DNA of 64,000 nucleotides from Macrostomum lignano (lineage: Eukaryota), in assembly GCA_002269645.1 (NCBI GenBank), contig NIVC01003575.1, forward strand, positions 26,236 through 90,235, written 5' to 3'. The position numbers were made by a program, and so were the translations under genes. Shown here piece after piece: positions 61,548-64,000 of the stretch (the stretch's first letter is position 1; each line of letters opens with the position of its first letter). The notes under the pieces are model-generated. The model had not been told where the DNA came from and did not search any database. It saw only the letters and a list, made by a program, of their open reading frames with translations.

Positions 61548-62872
61548 TACATTGACTAGGGTAAGAAGCAATTGTGAAAAGCAAACCAAAATTGCAACAA
61601 ATTAATCCATACGTAACACAGCCATATAATAAAAAATAGTCAAACAATAAATATAACAAAACAAAGCTTGAAAATCAATAGAAATTACTAGACTTGGTAG
61701 TATTAACACTAATAGTTCTGTGTTTAAATTAAAATGTATGTTATAAAAAATTCATAGTCACGCACAATTCACACACACTATAGTTCCAATCATGCACAAA
61801 AAATCACAATCAGTAAATCCCTTGCTATGACTAATTGTATAATAAATTAATTATAAAGTGAGTAGTTAGCTATATATATTTGTATAGGGCAATGATAGTT
61901 CCAGACTAAGTGAGCAAAAGAGAGAGATAGAGGTAGATATACACTGTTCCATAGCAATGATCTGAATATGCATGTCCCTTACAAGAATTTCCTAGCCTTT
62001 AAGTTTTATATTGAAGACATTTAGGTGTACAATGATATTAGTCACCAAGGCTAGGCAAGCAAGCTATTTTGGGTCAGAAAAGCAGTCTGCATGGGGCAGA
62101 TTTTTCTAGTGCAGAAATGTGGCAATATCCTGCTATAAGTCACATATGCAAGAAATCATTACCCCACAGCTTAGCTAGTAGACTTAGCAAAAGTAGACCT
62201 GGTAGGCAATAGTTAAGGCTACTAGAAAAGATAGAGTTGACAACTTTCATTATAATAAATGTTAAATTAGAAATTTTGGCAGACTTAATGCATAGGGCCT
62301 CTTGATAAATAATGCAGTGTATCTTTTCTATTAGCTGGATATAGCTAGCAGCCTTGCAGTGATAGCAATTATATAGTATCTTTCCTCTTCTTAGTCATTG
62401 CTAGGGCATTATTGGTTGTCACACAAGGCAAAAAAGGTCAAGTGAGTGCTGCTCGACACACTTAAGCATAGCATCAAATATTTCTTTGCTAGTGGTAATG
62501 CCATGCAATGGGACAAGCTATAGAAACTTCTTATGAACCTTAAGTCAATAATGACTCCATGGATAAAAATAGCCAGCTAGGCTATATCTTTTATATCAGT
62601 GCTCTTATCAAAAGTGAAGATGAAGGCAACCAGATCAATGCAGTAGGTCTTTAGTAGGTCATGTATATTGTCTGACATCTTAATGTGCCATCAAATAGTA
62701 TAGTATAAAAGGCATACACTCAAAAGCAGAATGCTATTCTAGATGGACAGAGTTTGCCAACAGAGTTTGCCACAATAACAAAGCACTCCTTGATGAAGTC
62801 CCTATCTAAAAAAGGCTTTATCTAGCAAGCATAAAGGATTTTGTGTATAGGTCCTTGTACAAATCTATTCAG

Positions 62873-64000
62873 CAGTGTTGGGCAAGTTACTCAAAAAAAG
62901 TAACTTGCGTTACTGTAACTTAAGTTACCACTTTTTAAAAAGTAACTTACATTAGCCTAGTAACTTTGAACAAAAACCCGGTAACTTTTAAGTTACTTCC
63001 GTTACTTACTTCCGTTACCTATGTTATAAACAAAATTTTCTGCTTTTTTAACATTGCAAATGTGCTGGAACAGCACAAATGATCGCGAAAGCCAGAAGGA
63101 AAAATACAACAAAATTAATTTCAGTAACTGTATTAAATTTTAATCACTTTAGGCCCTTTCCGTAAAAAGAAGAGAAGCTGAAGGTCAGAAATGTTAAAGG
63201 CAAAACGCAATTTAATTTTTAATAACATTATAAGTTATAATACACAAGGACAACTTAACGTAACTTCAGTTGTCCTTGATAATACATCGCTCGTAATAAG
63301 TACCTGGCTTTACTCCACTCTACAGTCTGCTTTACTAGTCTTTTTATTTTCAATTATTTGAAATTTTTTTCAATTTTTTCAATTATTTTTCAATTCATTA
63401 ATATTAAATTATTGTGCAGTGCAGTGCAGTGCCAGTGGACTTTAGTGGTGTAGCCAGGGAGGCCGCCTTAACAATCGTTGGGGCGGCAACTTCACCCCAC
63501 CTGCAAGACACCCCACCAGGGGGGGGGGTGGGGTTGGGCGTGGCGGGTGCATGAGGCATGGCCAGCCAGGCCAACCCGCCCCCCCCCAATTAAAATTCCT
63601 GGCTACGTCGATCACTGAGTGGATTTGTGGAGACTACAGATGAATTTCTTTCTTTGGTTGTTTGTTTCTAAGAACTAAACAAAATATTTTTTATTAACTT
63701 AAAAACGAAAAGCAAAAATATTTTACCAAAAATAACAAAGTAAAAACATGTTTCAAGTATTTCTTTATTAATTACAGCGTAATACCGTATAATATTATTC
63801 ACTTAGTTTTGAATTTAAGAATGAAAAATGCTAAAAATGTGACAACTGGCGTAATAGCTAAGCATATCAGTTTTAAATTTAAATATTGCGATTGTTGCAA
63901 AGTAACTGTAATGGACTTCCGAAATTGAGTAACTTACCGTTACTCCGTTACCAAAATAGGAAAGTAACTTGCGTAAGGAACGCTTTACAAAAAAGTAACT
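62873..64000. mobile_element. Non-autonomous hAT-like element running off the window end
   Basis: Starts CAGTGTTGGGCAAGTTACT. Dense AGTAAC/GTTACT subterminal repeats occur at 62880-63020 and again at 63900-64000. The right TIR and TSD lie beyond the window. Confidence 0.6.
63433..63617. mobile_element. Small MITE nested in the hAT-like element
   Basis: Inverted termini CAGTG...GTAGCCAGG and CCTGGCTACG...CACTG enclose G- and C-runs. Confidence 0.5.

Overview
This is eukaryotic (metazoan) genomic DNA, not prokaryotic. GC-rich exons are separated by introns that nearly all carry their own minisatellite. This style resembles the flatworm Macrostomum lignano, which is my inference and unverified. 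I could assemble seven genes. (1) The last two exons of AVL9 (+). (2) A complete 9-exon Tec/Btk-family kinase (-), PH-BTK-SH3-SH2-kinase, with one GC-AG intron. (3-6) A run of four intron-less + strand CDS: MZT1, a RidA-family deaminase ending in a PTS1-like AKL, a 1590-aa TTLL7-like polyglutamylase, and an acidic orphan ORF broken by a 1-nt frameshift. (7) A complete 9-exon ARHGAP19-like RhoGAP (-). Mobile DNA includes a decayed mariner with ~200-bp TIRs, a Merlin/IS1595-like transposase fossil, hAT-type MITEs and a tRNA-derived SINE. About 30 tandem arrays explain most long ORFs in the supplied track. Two signals stand out. First, two sharply bounded CpG-poor, TpA-rich domains hold transposon fossils with excess CpA->TpA as well as CpG->TpG changes, a RIP-like signature. 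Second, a minisatellite built from ~17 RFX X-box motifs sits among microtubule/cilia genes. All coordinates and counts were made by eye.
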